Positions 29,805 through 39,879 of a DNA stretch of 64,000 nt are shown in pieces. Position numbers and translations under genes: made by a program. Position 1 is the first letter of the stretch, and the number at the start of each line of letters is the position of its first letter. The notes below the pieces were generated by a model. It worked only from the letters and a program-made list of their open reading frames with translations. It did no database searches and had not been told where the DNA came from. The DNA comes from Zestosphaera sp. (GTDB taxonomy: Archaea; Thermoproteota; Thermoprotei_A; Sulfolobales; NBVN01): positions 50,012 through 114,011 of the forward strand of contig JAVYVJ010000002.1 of the NCBI GenBank assembly GCA_038727705.1. The letters are read 5' to 3'.

Positions 29805-30950
29805 ATGTCTCAGAGGCCAAACATGTTGAGCATTGTCTTAGTAGTCTTAATTGTTGTTGCAGGTATTGCCGGTTACTTCGCTGGTTCGGCAACGGCCCCC
29901 CAAGCCCCGCCATCCGGGGTTGCCACAGTGACTGTAACGGCCACGAAAACTGCGACGGTCACAACGACAGCGACCCAGGGCACTCCCTCAACGGTCTACA
30001 AGTGGCGTATGGTGTCTGCGTTCCCGTCGGGCGAGCCGAGGTTTGACGTGGAGAGTACTTCGTGAATCTAGTGAAGAACATGTCCAATGGGAGGCTGATT
30101 ATAGAGCTTTATCCTGGCGGGGAGCTCTTCCCCGTCCCTCAGACCTTCGACATGGTTTCGAGGGGCACAATTGACGCGGCTGCCATATTCCTCGGGTACT
30201 GGGTGGCTGAGGACCCAGTCATGGCGTTGGGCGCCAGTATTCCAGGACCTCAGAGAACGCCGGACGACGCCCTGTACATATACCGTGCTACAGGACATCT
30301 TAAGGAAGCACATCGAGGCCCGCGGCGTGCTGCTGGTCGGACCTCTCGACATAGTTCCCTCGGAGGTGCTTGTGAGCAGGGTGCCAATAAGGACTCTCGA
30401 CGATATCAAGGGCAAGATAATAAGGACGGCAGGCCTCTCAGCCAAGATCTACGAGAAGCTGGGGGCGAAGGTCGTCACTCTGACGGCGGGCGAGATTTAC
30501 CAGGCATTGCAGTTGGGCACTATAGACGCTCTCGAGTGGGGTGATTACGAGGCTGACTACATACTGGGCTATCACGAGGTAGCTAAGTATGTTCTTGAGG
30601 CACCGCCTGGGTACTCGTTACATTCTGGGGCGTACCCTGACAGCATACTCATACTCAACCCCAACTCCTGGAACAACCTGCCCGACGACCTGAAGGAGAT
30701 AGTTAAGGGTGCTGCTAAGGCCGCCTACACGTGGGGGATCGAGCGCACATACTCCATGGCTGAACTAAGAGGGAGGCAACTCTGGGAGAATGCAGGGGCT
30801 GAGATCACTGTGCTCTCCCCCGAGGAGTGTAAGAAGATTATAAGTGTAAGCATGGACATATACGTAGGGCTCGCCAAGCAACATGCCGACGCGAAAGACT
30901 TTATAGTGAGGCTAGCTAAGGCTTGGAACGACTTAGGATATGCGGAATGA
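29805..30950 (+). pseudogene. dctP: TRAP transporter substrate-binding protein DctP, two frameshifts
   Basis: Signal/anchor and T/A-rich linker, YKWRMVSAFP; shift near 30050 into FVNLVKNMSNGRLIIELYPGGEL; second shift near 30290 into IKGKIIRTAG...GEIYQALQLGTIDALEW. Confidence 0.82.
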
Positions 30951-30994
30951 GCTAGAGCCCTCGAGAACGCGTTGCGGGCTGAGGGACTGATATA

Positions 30995-31477
30995 ATGGCT
31001 AACCTGGTTGACAAGCTAAGCACAAAGCTAGCTTTTTTGAACGGATACCTAGCCTTAGTGCTGACGTTTCTGGTCACCTACGGAGTTATCTGCAGGTATT
31101 TTCTACGGGAGCCCGACGTGCGGGTCTTCTTCATATCCAACTGGATTCTGGGCATCGTCTTCCTTTTCGGTTTCGGATATACGCTCCTTACGAAGGGGCA
31201 CATAAGCATGGACATAGTGTACATGCACCTCCCCCCTAAGGCCAAACACGCGCTTGATATACTTTCCCTGCTCTCCATAATTGCCTGCTGCATCGCTATA
31301 CTGCCCAACACCGTCGTCCTATCCTGGAGGTCGACATTGATGTGGGAGATGGGCTCAACCATGCCGGTCTTCGCCCCGCCCATCTGGTGGTATAAGTGGA
31401 TCCTAGTTTTTGCCCTAATTTTAGCCGTACTTCAGGCGTCTTCACTCCTCGTGAAGACCGTGCGGAAGAGGAAGTAG
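30995..31477 (+). CDS. dctQ: TRAP transporter small permease DctQ
   Basis: 4 TM with GYTLLTKGHISMDIVY; lies between dctP and dctM. Confidence 0.85.
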   Translation: MANLVDKLSTKLAFLNGYLALVLTFLVTYGVICRYFLREPDVRVFFISNWILGIVFLFGFGYTLLTKGHISMDIVYMHLPPKAKHALDILSLLSIIACCIAILPNTVVLSWRSTLMWEMGSTMPVFAPPIWWYKWILVFALILAVLQASSLLVKTVRKRK

Positions 31478-31487
31478 GTGATGTACG

Positions 31488-32792
31488 ATGGAAATACCGC
31501 TCCCAATCTTCATGTTCCTATTCCTAGTCGTACTGCTCGCTTTAAACATACCTGTAGCCTTCGCTCTATTCATAACCGCCATTGTGTTCGGGCTGGCTGC
31601 GTGGGGGTTGACGAGCCTCGACATAATCTTCCAGGGCATATGGAGCACCATGAACAACTGGGCACTCGTCTCAATAATCCCGTTCATCCTAATGTCTGCA
31701 TTGCTTGAGGAGTGCGAGTTGGTCGATGAGAGGTATGAAGCTCTGTACAAATGGTTAGGAGGGATAAGGGGCTCGCTCCTGGTCATCTCCGTGATCCTGG
31801 GGGCCGCTATAGGTGCCATGTCCGGTGTAGCGGCGGCGGGCATGGTAACCCTCGCAATGCTTGTCTACCCCATGATGGAGAAGTACAACTACCCGCGGAG
31901 GGTCTCGATAGGCACGATCGTGTTCGCCGGGTCTTTGCCCCAGCTAATACCTCCTAGCCTTAACATGGTGATCTACGGAACGATGACAGGGGTCTCGGTG
32001 GGCAAGTTGTTCGCCGGCGGTCTAGGCATGGGCATAGTGATGACCCTGCTAGGCATAGCGTACGTACTCATATGGTCCCACCTCCACAAGGACGAGGTGC
32101 CGGTGCTTGAGGTGAAGTACACGTTGAAGGAGAAGCTACAAGCCACTAAGGGACTCATAGGCCCGACTGTAATCATAGTTGGGACTTTAGGCTCGATATA
32201 CAGCGGGATGGCTACGCCGACTGAGGCTGCCGGCGTTGGCGCGTTGCTGACGTTGATGTACGCGGTCGCTAGGAGGAAGCTGAACAGGAAGGCGCTAACC
32301 AACTCGCTGATCACCACCACTAGGCTCACCGCGATGGTGTGCTGGATAGCCTCCGGCGGCCTTGCCTTTGGATCCGTCTTCAGCGGCATCGGCGGCAGGA
32401 GGATGGTGGTGGACTTCATGACCTCATTACCTGAGGCCAGGATATCCGCACTAATAGTCGCTCTGGCATTGGTGTTTATCTTGGGCATGTTTATCGACAC
32501 GACCTCTATAGCCATGATAGCGGGGCCCATACTAGCACCGGCCATAGTAGCTCTTGGCTACAACCCTGTCTGGTGGGGGATCATATTCTGCACCATCCTG
32601 TTAACGGGGTTCATATCCCCGCCTGTGGGTATGTCCATGTTCCTCTTCAAGGGGGCAAGACCCGATGTATCGATGGAGGACATCTATAAGTCAACCCCAC
32701 CGTTCCTGCTAATAATGGTGGCAACTACGATAGTGGGTATAATGATTCCTGAGATCCCGATGTTCTTTGTAAGACTCTTCACAGGAACCTGA
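31488..32792 (+). CDS. dctM: TRAP transporter large permease DctM
   Basis: GAMSGVAAA, LIPPSLNMVIYG, VGKLFAGG, GMATPTEAAGVGA, ISPPVGMSMF. Confidence 0.93.
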   Translation: MEIPLPIFMFLFLVVLLALNIPVAFALFITAIVFGLAAWGLTSLDIIFQGIWSTMNNWALVSIIPFILMSALLEECELVDERYEALYKWLGGIRGSLLVISVILGAAIGAMSGVAAAGMVTLAMLVYPMMEKYNYPRRVSIGTIVFAGSLPQLIPPSLNMVIYGTMTGVSVGKLFAGGLGMGIVMTLLGIAYVLIWSHLHKDEVPVLEVKYTLKEKLQATKGLIGPTVIIVGTLGSIYSGMATPTEAAGVGALLTLMYAVARRKLNRKALTNSLITTTRLTAMVCWIASGGLAFGSVFSGIGGRRMVVDFMTSLPEARISALIVALALVFILGMFIDTTSIAMIAGPILAPAIVALGYNPVWWGIIFCTILLTGFISPPVGMSMFLFKGARPDVSMEDIYKSTPPFLLIMVATTIVGIMIPEIPMFFVRLFTGT

Positions 32793-32856
32793 TTCTAACC
32801 CGCGGTCAGGAAAGAGCGTGAGGAAGTTTTTTATCTCTCCCTAGGTTAGATTAATG

Positions 32857-33711
32857 TCACTTCTCGACGGCAAGCCTCAGTCCGTGCGACGCCATAACCA
32901 GCAACTCCAAGATCCTGTAAGCCTCCACAGGATCTTTGGCCTCGTACTCCACCGTCACGCCGTCAACCCTCCTAACCAACGGCAGGTACTCAGCTACATC
33001 CGCGAACCCGCTCTCGTGAAGCACCAGCCTGACCTTAACGGGCGTCCCCACGTTAAGGGGCCTCACCAAGCCCTCGGCGTAGGCCCTCGCCGCCCTCTTA
33101 AGACCGGATTCAAGCTCCTGAAGTATCTTGGTTAGGGACGGGCTGGCTGCTGAGTACCTGCTGAGGGACTTCTTCAGCGGGACGAACGTGACCCAGGGCG
33201 TGTACCTCGCTACCTCCTCACCCAGCTTCTCATCGCCCGCTAGGAATATGACCGGTATGCCTAGATGACCCAGCGCCGAAGCGTTGATGAGGTACTCACT
33301 GGACCTGATCCCATTGAACTCCACGGACCTGATGACCGCCCCGCTGTATGTGTGATCGAAAGTGGCTCTAGGGGTTCCGTAGCCTGCGTGATACCCGAGC
33401 ATCAGGGCCACGTCACTACCCTCGGCACCAGCGACCATTGAAGTGGGTCTCGGATAGCCCCTGACTATGGTCACGTATTCTGGGAGCTCCCCCACCTCAA
33501 TGTTAACCATGTCCCCGTGGCTGTCGGCCACAACAACCTCCTCAAACCCGCTTCCCCTCAGCACCTCACACGCCTTCACGACCACTCTGGTAACAACCCT
33601 CCTAGCCTCTTCCCAAAGAGTCTTACCGGGGGTCAGGTGAAGCCTGCTCACGACGTAAGGCAGGCCCTCTAAATCCACTGACACGAAAGCCCTACCACCA
33701 GGCATGCCCAA
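32857..33711 (-). CDS. dppA: D-aminopeptidase, peptidase M55 (DppA)
   Basis: FVSVDLEG, VADSHG.MVNI, GYHAG, TFDHTYS. Confidence 0.9.
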   Translation of the reverse strand: MGMPGGRAFVSVDLEGLPYVVSRLHLTPGKTLWEEARRVVTRVVVKACEVLRGSGFEEVVVADSHGDMVNIEVGELPEYVTIVRGYPRPTSMVAGAEGSDVALMLGYHAGYGTPRATFDHTYSGAVIRSVEFNGIRSSEYLINASALGHLGIPVIFLAGDEKLGEEVARYTPWVTFVPLKKSLSRYSAASPSLTKILQELESGLKRAARAYAEGLVRPLNVGTPVKVRLVLHESGFADVAEYLPLVRRVDGVTVEYEAKDPVEAYRILELLVMASHGLRLAVEK

Positions 33712-33859
33712 AACACCTACCAGGTATAAGTTGGGTCAGGCGTTAAAAGCGACTTCGGAGCGTATGCTACCAAGACCTACAACAATCTAGGATGGGAACG
33801 GCAACGCGGTGAACCCTTATATTCGCTGGCTTGTTAAGTATGTGTAGGTGTAAAGGTTA

Positions 33860-34600
33860 ATGGATTATGAAGCACTGCATAACGAGGCCGTAAACCTGCT
33901 AAGACTTAAGGGGGATCCGGTCGGGTTCAAACTCTCCGAGGACGTCATTAAGGGGGTTCCCTACCTGAGTAAGAACTTGGCCCTATGCCAAGTCATTAAA
34001 CTGGCGGCTGTATATGGCATGACTGTAGGCGTTAACGGCGATAATGTTGACGCGTGCGTTGTAGGAACATACATCTTGGGCTTCAAGACCCCCTCAGAGG
34101 ATCTGATGATGAGGTGGGTTAAGGGCTTCGCGTACAGTGAGGAGCTCTTCAAGAAGCTCGTGGAGGGGGTCCACGCCCTCCCCGCAGGAAAGTATAAGTC
34201 AGGAGTCTTCGCACCCCTCAAGCAATTCAACAAGCTGAGGCTGGACCCAGACGGTGTGTTGCTAGTGGCCAACTCAACCCAAGCATATCTACTCCTCGTA
34301 GGGTATTTCGACAGCACCGGCGTCAAGCCCGCGTCGGACTTCAACGGGCACGCGGCCTGCGAAATAGTAGCCACCACCGCGAAGGGCAGGACTCCGTGGC
34401 TGACGTTGCCCTGCGGCGGTGCGAGGGCTATAGCTGAAGCGCAGGACGACGAGCTCTGGCTGGGTATGAGGGTGGAGGAGCTACAGGCAACCCTCAATCG
34501 ACTGAAGACCGTTAACCTAAGGTACCCGCCAGCCGTCTACCAGATGCTGATGACCCCGCCAGCATCAGACCACCCGCTGACCTACCTAATAAGGAGGTAA
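33860..34600 (+). CDS. DUF169 family protein
   Basis: [39 protein letters not shown]...DDEL pattern. Confidence 0.8.
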   Translation: MDYEALHNEAVNLLRLKGDPVGFKLSEDVIKGVPYLSKNLALCQVIKLAAVYGMTVGVNGDNVDACVVGTYILGFKTPSEDLMMRWVKGFAYSEELFKKLVEGVHALPAGKYKSGVFAPLKQFNKLRLDPDGVLLVANSTQAYLLLVGYFDSTGVKPASDFNGHAACEIVATTAKGRTPWLTLPCGGARAIAEAQDDELWLGMRVEELQATLNRLKTVNLRYPPAVYQMLMTPPASDHPLTYLIRR

Positions 34601-34896
34601 GCCCCCACCCTAGGAAGCGGTTTTTATATTCTTTCAAATTCAACATGCTAACTGCGGACCCCATCCAGAATCCTTATTGGGGGGTTAGGTCCTTCTGGAA
34701 CCCAAACACCACATGATGTTATGGAGACCCAACCTTACTAAGTTGCGTGATTTAAGTAAATTAGAGTGGTTGAGGCGGTCGATGGGAGGTGGTTTGTCGC
34801 ATCCTCAGTATGGGATCCTCTAAGCAGTCGGTCCGCCCAGCCTGGAATGCGAGGGCTTCAGCTGATGAGCACTGACCCCTGCATTAGTCCCTAGGA

Positions 34897-35262
34897 CTAC
34901 TTGACGACGTCCTTAATCTCGAACCTTATATCCCCGTACCCCCTAGCAGAGCTTGAGATGACTATCCTGTGCTCGCCTGGCTGGAGCCTTAATCCCTCCA
35001 CTACGATCGTGGCGGAGGAGTTAACGCGGAAGTCGACCGGATTCGTCTCGGATATCTCGGAGTTAGGAATGACCTTCCCCTCGGACAGGAGCTTCACCCT
35101 TGCAGGGTCGAGGGGCTGTTCGTCAACGGCTAAGCTCAGGGGCTTGACGAGCGTTGCATCGCCTAACGAGTTAGTTAGAGTGAATTGAAAGCCGCTCTCA
35201 ACGTTGGTCAGGCTTCCCTTAACGTACAGCCTCCTGAGGATGAAGGGTGGGATGAAGCTCAT
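34897..35262 (-). CDS. Conserved small beta-sandwich protein (DUF6379-like)
   Basis: PFILRRLYVKGSLTN...GFQFTL.N...LQPGEHRI.I pattern, beta-rich; lies downstream of the MFS gene. Confidence 0.55.
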   Translation of the reverse strand: MSFIPPFILRRLYVKGSLTNVESGFQFTLTNSLGDATLVKPLSLAVDEQPLDPARVKLLSEGKVIPNSEISETNPVDFRVNSSATIVVEGLRLQPGEHRIVISSSARGYGDIRFEIKDVVK

Positions 35263-35451
35263 TGAACCACCACTATAATATTACGATAAAGCCTCAATAA
35301 ATATGCTGCTTTAAAGCCAACATGGACTAGAGGACCACGCGGTCGCTGAGAACCTCCTTGAGAAGACGCTTCAAACATGAACGCAACTCAATCTTCATCT
35401 CACCCCTTAATCGCTGTGGCGAGTGCGTTGCCTTGGCGGATCTGAGGCTAG

Positions 35452-36819
35452 TTAAGGTAGTCCAACACTTCTCTTAGCAAGGATCTCCTTGATCTTGGTC
35501 TTGTCCTTAACGTACGTTTTGAGCGCCGGGAGCCAGAGGAGGGCGCACGGCACCCAGAACAGGCTTATTGCGATCATCCCGTACAGCATGTTGTTAGGTT
35601 CCGGGATCCCGGTGCTGAGGAAGAACGTCATTAAGAGGCTCGCTATGGTGGGGCCGAACGCCGACCCTATGTTATCAGTTATGTTGAACAGGCCGAAGAT
35701 AGTCCCTCTATGCTCCGGTAGGGAGACCTCGCTTAAGACTGCCGGCACGTTGGGGGCTGCCCAAGTGACGAAAACCATTCCAACCAGCCCGAGAACCACC
35801 ACTGGAAGCAGCGCATTCAACGATTCATTGCCGTAGGGGTAGGGGTATGACAGCAACGCCACCATCGTTAGAGTGCCCAGCAACACTCCCGTGAAGGCTA
35901 CGACTAACCTCCCGTTTTCGAACCCCAGCCTAAGCAACCTGTCAGAGAGTAACCCACCGGCGAAGTAGCCTACCATCATGCCTAATCCAGCGGCGAAAAC
36001 TATGAGTGTGGAGGTAGCCTCAGAAAGACCCCACCTCTCCTGGAAGAACGTGGGGGCCCAGTAGGGTATGGCGCCCCACGGGAATGTGCCCGGAACCCCC
36101 TGCAGGTAAATGAATATAAGGGTCGGTGTTGAAGCAAGTGCTAGGACGAACTCCCTCAACCTAATCCTGTACCTGTACCCCAGCCCAGAGTCGTACATTC
36201 TCTTAAGCTCCGGTTCCGCATACCCCACCCCGATCTCCTTGATTAGGATGAGGAACAGAGGTGCGAGCACGAAGTTCGGGGCTGCCGCAAGCATGAAGGG
36301 CACCCTCCAGCTGACCCTCATCGAGAGGGCCGTCCCAGCCATCATCATGCCTACCAACACCCCGAAGCCCGTGCTGAAGTTGTATAATGCGTACCCCTTC
36401 CCCCTCTCGTGCGGGGGGTACAGGTCGGACACGAGCGCCCTAGCCACCGGTGCGGCGCCGTTTATGCCTATTCCCGTGAGGGCCCTCAACAGGAGGAGTT
36501 CGTAGTAGTTCCTCACGAAGCCCGTGAGGAAGCAGGGGATCTCACCGGCCAGAACAGCCACCGCGAAGAGGATCCTCCTGCTCAGCCTGTCGGCCAAGTA
36601 ACCCCACAGAAACGTCGTGGCGATGCCGGCCAGAACGGGTATAGTCCCCACCATCCCAGCATAGATGTACCACTCAGCCTCCCCGCCGATGATCATGCCG
36701 TCCTCCCTAAGCCTGGTCAACATTGGGGCGACGAGGTTTTCATCAGCATACAGCATCATTAACGAGGCCACGAGGAAGAATATGACTACCCCTCGTCCAC
36801 TCATGCAACCACCCCGCAA
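35452..36819 (-). CDS. MFS transporter (probable sugar permease)
   Basis: WGYLADRLSRR (motif A), RALTGIG, SDLYPPHERGKG, GGLLSDRL. Confidence 0.92.
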   Translation of the reverse strand: MRGGCMSGRGVVIFFLVASLMMLYADENLVAPMLTRLREDGMIIGGEAEWYIYAGMVGTIPVLAGIATTFLWGYLADRLSRRILFAVAVLAGEIPCFLTGFVRNYYELLLLRALTGIGINGAAPVARALVSDLYPPHERGKGYALYNFSTGFGVLVGMMMAGTALSMRVSWRVPFMLAAAPNFVLAPLFLILIKEIGVGYAEPELKRMYDSGLGYRYRIRLREFVLALASTPTLIFIYLQGVPGTFPWGAIPYWAPTFFQERWGLSEATSTLIVFAAGLGMMVGYFAGGLLSDRLLRLGFENGRLVVAFTGVLLGTLTMVALLSYPYPYGNESLNALLPVVVLGLVGMVFVTWAAPNVPAVLSEVSLPEHRGTIFGLFNITDNIGSAFGPTIASLLMTFFLSTGIPEPNNMLYGMIAISLFWVPCALLWLPALKTYVKDKTKIKEILAKRSVGLP

Positions 36820-36999
36820 TCAAGTAAGGTTCCGGGCCCGAGGACCTCCTTAACCGGCCCACCACCCTCGTGGTGGGCGGGTCTCCATAGCATCCACATG
36901 TACACGTACCCAATACGGAACCTGTCAACGGCGTAGAGGGATGGCGGATCCATCAAACACACCACACCCACATCTCTAATCATTCTCGATGTGGAATCG

Positions 37000-38445
37000 C
37001 TACACGAACAGCAGCTCCTCAGGTATCTCCTTCCTAGAGGCGATCTCCCTGTAGAGGAGCGCGCTGGGTCTTAGGTATCTCCTCTTAGACCCGAAGTCCA
37101 CTTTAACGAGGCCGAACCTCATGTTGAAGCCTGAGGCCCACTCGTAATTATCTGTTAAGGCCCAATGTAGGTAACCCCTCACGTCAGCGCCTCTCTCAAT
37201 GGCTTTCGCCGTACTGATTAGGTGGGTCAGCAGGTATGAGGGCCTCAGCCTGTCGGTCGCGTCAGCCACCCCGTTCTCACTCACTATTAGGGGTAGCTTG
37301 TACCTCTCGTAAGCCTCTGCAAGCACTCTCTCCAGACCCTCAGGGTAGACCTCCCACCCGAAGTCGCTGCAGGGTCTCCCGTCCCTGCTGACCCCGCCTG
37401 GCTGGCAGATGAAGCCGTAGCCGGGTACGTAAGTCCAACCCGTGAAGGCGCCCTTAACGCCGGAGACCACCATTCTCGTGTAGTAGTTCACGCCTATCCA
37501 ATCCACCCTTCCTCTTAGCGAGTCGGAGCTCGCCAGCATCGACTCACCCTTCGTGACCGAGTCCAGGAACAGGTAATTGTACATAGTACTGGCGGTTTCG
37601 GCCGCCGAGGCGTCCTCAGGCCTGTCCATGCTGGAGGGCTCGAAGCACATGAAATTCTGTATGACTCCGACAGGCTTTCCGGACACCTCCTTCAGTATAT
37701 CGTACGCACGTGCGTGAGCCACGACCTCGTTCCTAAGCGCTTGGAATACGTAGTTCATGCTCGGGATGCCGGGCGGGAACCCTGACCTGACGTTCAGGTA
37801 TCCGGCAGTGGCCACGACGTTAGGTTCATTCATGGTGCTCCACATGTCGACGTACTCGTCGAAAAGGCGAGCTACTGCATACGCGTACTTGACGAACTCG
37901 GGGATTATGTTCTCGTTCAGCCAGCCGGACAAGGCTGTGACGGGGTCCCTCCTGAACTCCACGGGGTTGTGGAGCCACAGTGGGAGGGTGAAGTGATTTA
38001 GGTTCAGTATCAGCTTACCGCCCCTCTCAACCCAGTCCCTGAACAGCATCCTATACCGCTCAACAGCACTCATATTCACCTTCTCGAGCAGGGCCTTCAC
38101 ACCTCCCTCACTCAAGTCAACTCTGGTCACACCCCCCTCCTCATCCTTCTCAACACTCGCTGGGACGTCACGGGTGGATTCAGGGAAGAGGCGGCTCCAC
38201 TCCACGCCCAGCCTTAAAGCGTTGGCGCCGAGCCCCCTCGCAATCTCGTGGTCCGACCTATACAGCCGGAGATAACCTGGCCCGTCCTCAGGTAAATGCC
38301 CGCTAACGACTCCTGAAGCGATGTTGTCGGGATCGTGAACCCACACCCACCAATCACTGTGGGCATCCTCAAGGCCTGGAAAACCCATCTCAAACTGAAA
38401 CCCGGCCTCACTGAACCCGAATAGGAAGCGGTCAGGAAGCCTCAA
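37000..38445 (-). CDS. Glycoside hydrolase family 1 beta-glycosidase (BgaS/CelB-like)
   Basis: FLFGFSEAGFQFEMG, TMNEPNVV (acid/base), IVSENG (nucleophile), DNYEWASGF. Start placed at the TTG at 38445. Confidence 0.93.
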   Translation of the reverse strand: MRLPDRFLFGFSEAGFQFEMGFPGLEDAHSDWWVWVHDPDNIASGVVSGHLPEDGPGYLRLYRSDHEIARGLGANALRLGVEWSRLFPESTRDVPASVEKDEEGGVTRVDLSEGGVKALLEKVNMSAVERYRMLFRDWVERGGKLILNLNHFTLPLWLHNPVEFRRDPVTALSGWLNENIIPEFVKYAYAVARLFDEYVDMWSTMNEPNVVATAGYLNVRSGFPPGIPSMNYVFQALRNEVVAHARAYDILKEVSGKPVGVIQNFMCFEPSSMDRPEDASAAETASTMYNYLFLDSVTKGESMLASSDSLRGRVDWIGVNYYTRMVVSGVKGAFTGWTYVPGYGFICQPGGVSRDGRPCSDFGWEVYPEGLERVLAEAYERYKLPLIVSENGVADATDRLRPSYLLTHLISTAKAIERGADVRGYLHWALTDNYEWASGFNMRFGLVKVDFGSKRRYLRPSALLYREIASRKEIPEELLFV

Positions 38446-38497
38446 TAAGGCACACCAAGTATACCTTACGTGGAACCCCAATATATAGTCACCTCGA

Positions 38498-39826
38498 ATG
38501 GGTGAAGGAGGAAGCAAGCTTTTTTATGCTGAATACGGTAGGATGTCTGTAGGTGCGTACGTGATGGATTCACCGCTGAAGCGTGTTCTAAGCAGGGTGG
38601 ACTCACTTCAGGATTACGCTGTTAACCTCCTGTCCGAGATCGTTCGAAGGCCTGCCGTTAACCCCTCCTTTGGCGGGGAGGGCGAGTACGATAAGGCCGC
38701 GTTCCTCCTGGAGGAGATCAGGTCGTGGGGCTTCAGTGACGTGAGGGTGATTAACGTGCCGGACGCCCGCTCCAAGAACGGCGTCCGGCCGAACATAGTG
38801 GCCTACATAAGGGGGGAGGTGGAGGACAAGCTTTGGATCCTCACACATCTGGACGTAGTGCCTCCAGGGGATTTGAACGCGTGGGTCGTTACGAAGCCCT
38901 TCGAGCCGATCGTCAGGGATTCCAAGATCTATGGCAGGGGCAGCGAGGACAACGGGCAGTCTATGGTTGCCTCACTGATGGCGGCTAAGGCCCTGCTGGA
39001 GGAGGGGGTCAAACCTAGGAGGACGGTAGCGCTGGCGCTGGTCAGCGACGAGGAGGCCGGCTCTAAGCACGGCATCGAGTACCTCATCAGAAACCATCCG
39101 GAGCTATTCGGGTCGAGCGATGTGGCGTTGGTGCCGGACGCTGGTGAGAGCGACGGAGGCTTCATAGAGGTTGCTGAGAAGTCCAGCCTCTGGGCCAGAC
39201 TCAGGTTTAAGGGGCTTCAGGCACACGGCAGCATGCCGCACAGGGGCTTGAACTCACAGAGGGTTGCGGCTGAGTATATAGTGCTGCTGGACAGGCTCGT
39301 GAGGGAGAAGTACGGTAGGGTGGATCCGCTGTTCGACCCGCCAATGACTACGTGCGAGCCGACGATGGTTAAGAACCCTTGTGGGTCCCCCAACATAATC
39401 CCGGGAGAGCATGAGGTGGTGTTTGACTGCAGGATCCTGCCGGAGTACAGTGTAGACGACCTGCTGAAGGATATGGATGACGTGTTCCACGTACTTAGGA
39501 CAGTGTATGGGAGGAGGAGCGGTGGGGACACCTACCCGCAGCTCGAGGTAGAGGTCATTAGGAGGTCTGACGCCGCCCCGCCAACCCCGCCGGACTCCCC
39601 GATCGTCAAGGCGCTGGTTGAGGCATTAAGGACTCTCAGAGGGATCGAGCCAAGAGTTGGCGGAATTGGGGGAGGGACTGTGGCGGCTTTCTTCAGGAGG
39701 ATCGGCGTGCCGGCCGCAGTGTGGTCCACGGTGGATGAGACGGCCCACATGCCGAACGAGTACGCGAAGGTAGATAACATGCTCGCGGACGCCAGGGTAA
39801 TGGCTTATCTCATGCTGAAGGTGTGA
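38498..39826 (+). CDS. M20 metallopeptidase (DapE-like)
   Basis: THLDVVPPG, YGRGSEDNG, DEEAGS, QAHGSMP, AHMPNEY. The true start may be slightly downstream. Confidence 0.9.
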   Translation: MGEGGSKLFYAEYGRMSVGAYVMDSPLKRVLSRVDSLQDYAVNLLSEIVRRPAVNPSFGGEGEYDKAAFLLEEIRSWGFSDVRVINVPDARSKNGVRPNIVAYIRGEVEDKLWILTHLDVVPPGDLNAWVVTKPFEPIVRDSKIYGRGSEDNGQSMVASLMAAKALLEEGVKPRRTVALALVSDEEAGSKHGIEYLIRNHPELFGSSDVALVPDAGESDGGFIEVAEKSSLWARLRFKGLQAHGSMPHRGLNSQRVAAEYIVLLDRLVREKYGRVDPLFDPPMTTCEPTMVKNPCGSPNIIPGEHEVVFDCRILPEYSVDDLLKDMDDVFHVLRTVYGRRSGGDTYPQLEVEVIRRSDAAPPTPPDSPIVKALVEALRTLRGIEPRVGGIGGGTVAAFFRRIGVPAAVWSTVDETAHMPNEYAKVDNMLADARVMAYLMLKV

Positions 39827-39879
39827 TTTTCCCTCGACATCGTTGACTCCGCGGGGTTCGGGGCGCGGGTGTTGAGGAC

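Noticed and set aside
34847-34886. CTGATGA as a hammerhead ribozyme core
   Set aside because: The required GAAA segment and three-stem junction are absent.
36801-36983. 60-aa ORF between GH1 and MFS
   Set aside because: Overlaps the MFS start and has no recognisable motif; could be a remnant but is unsupported.
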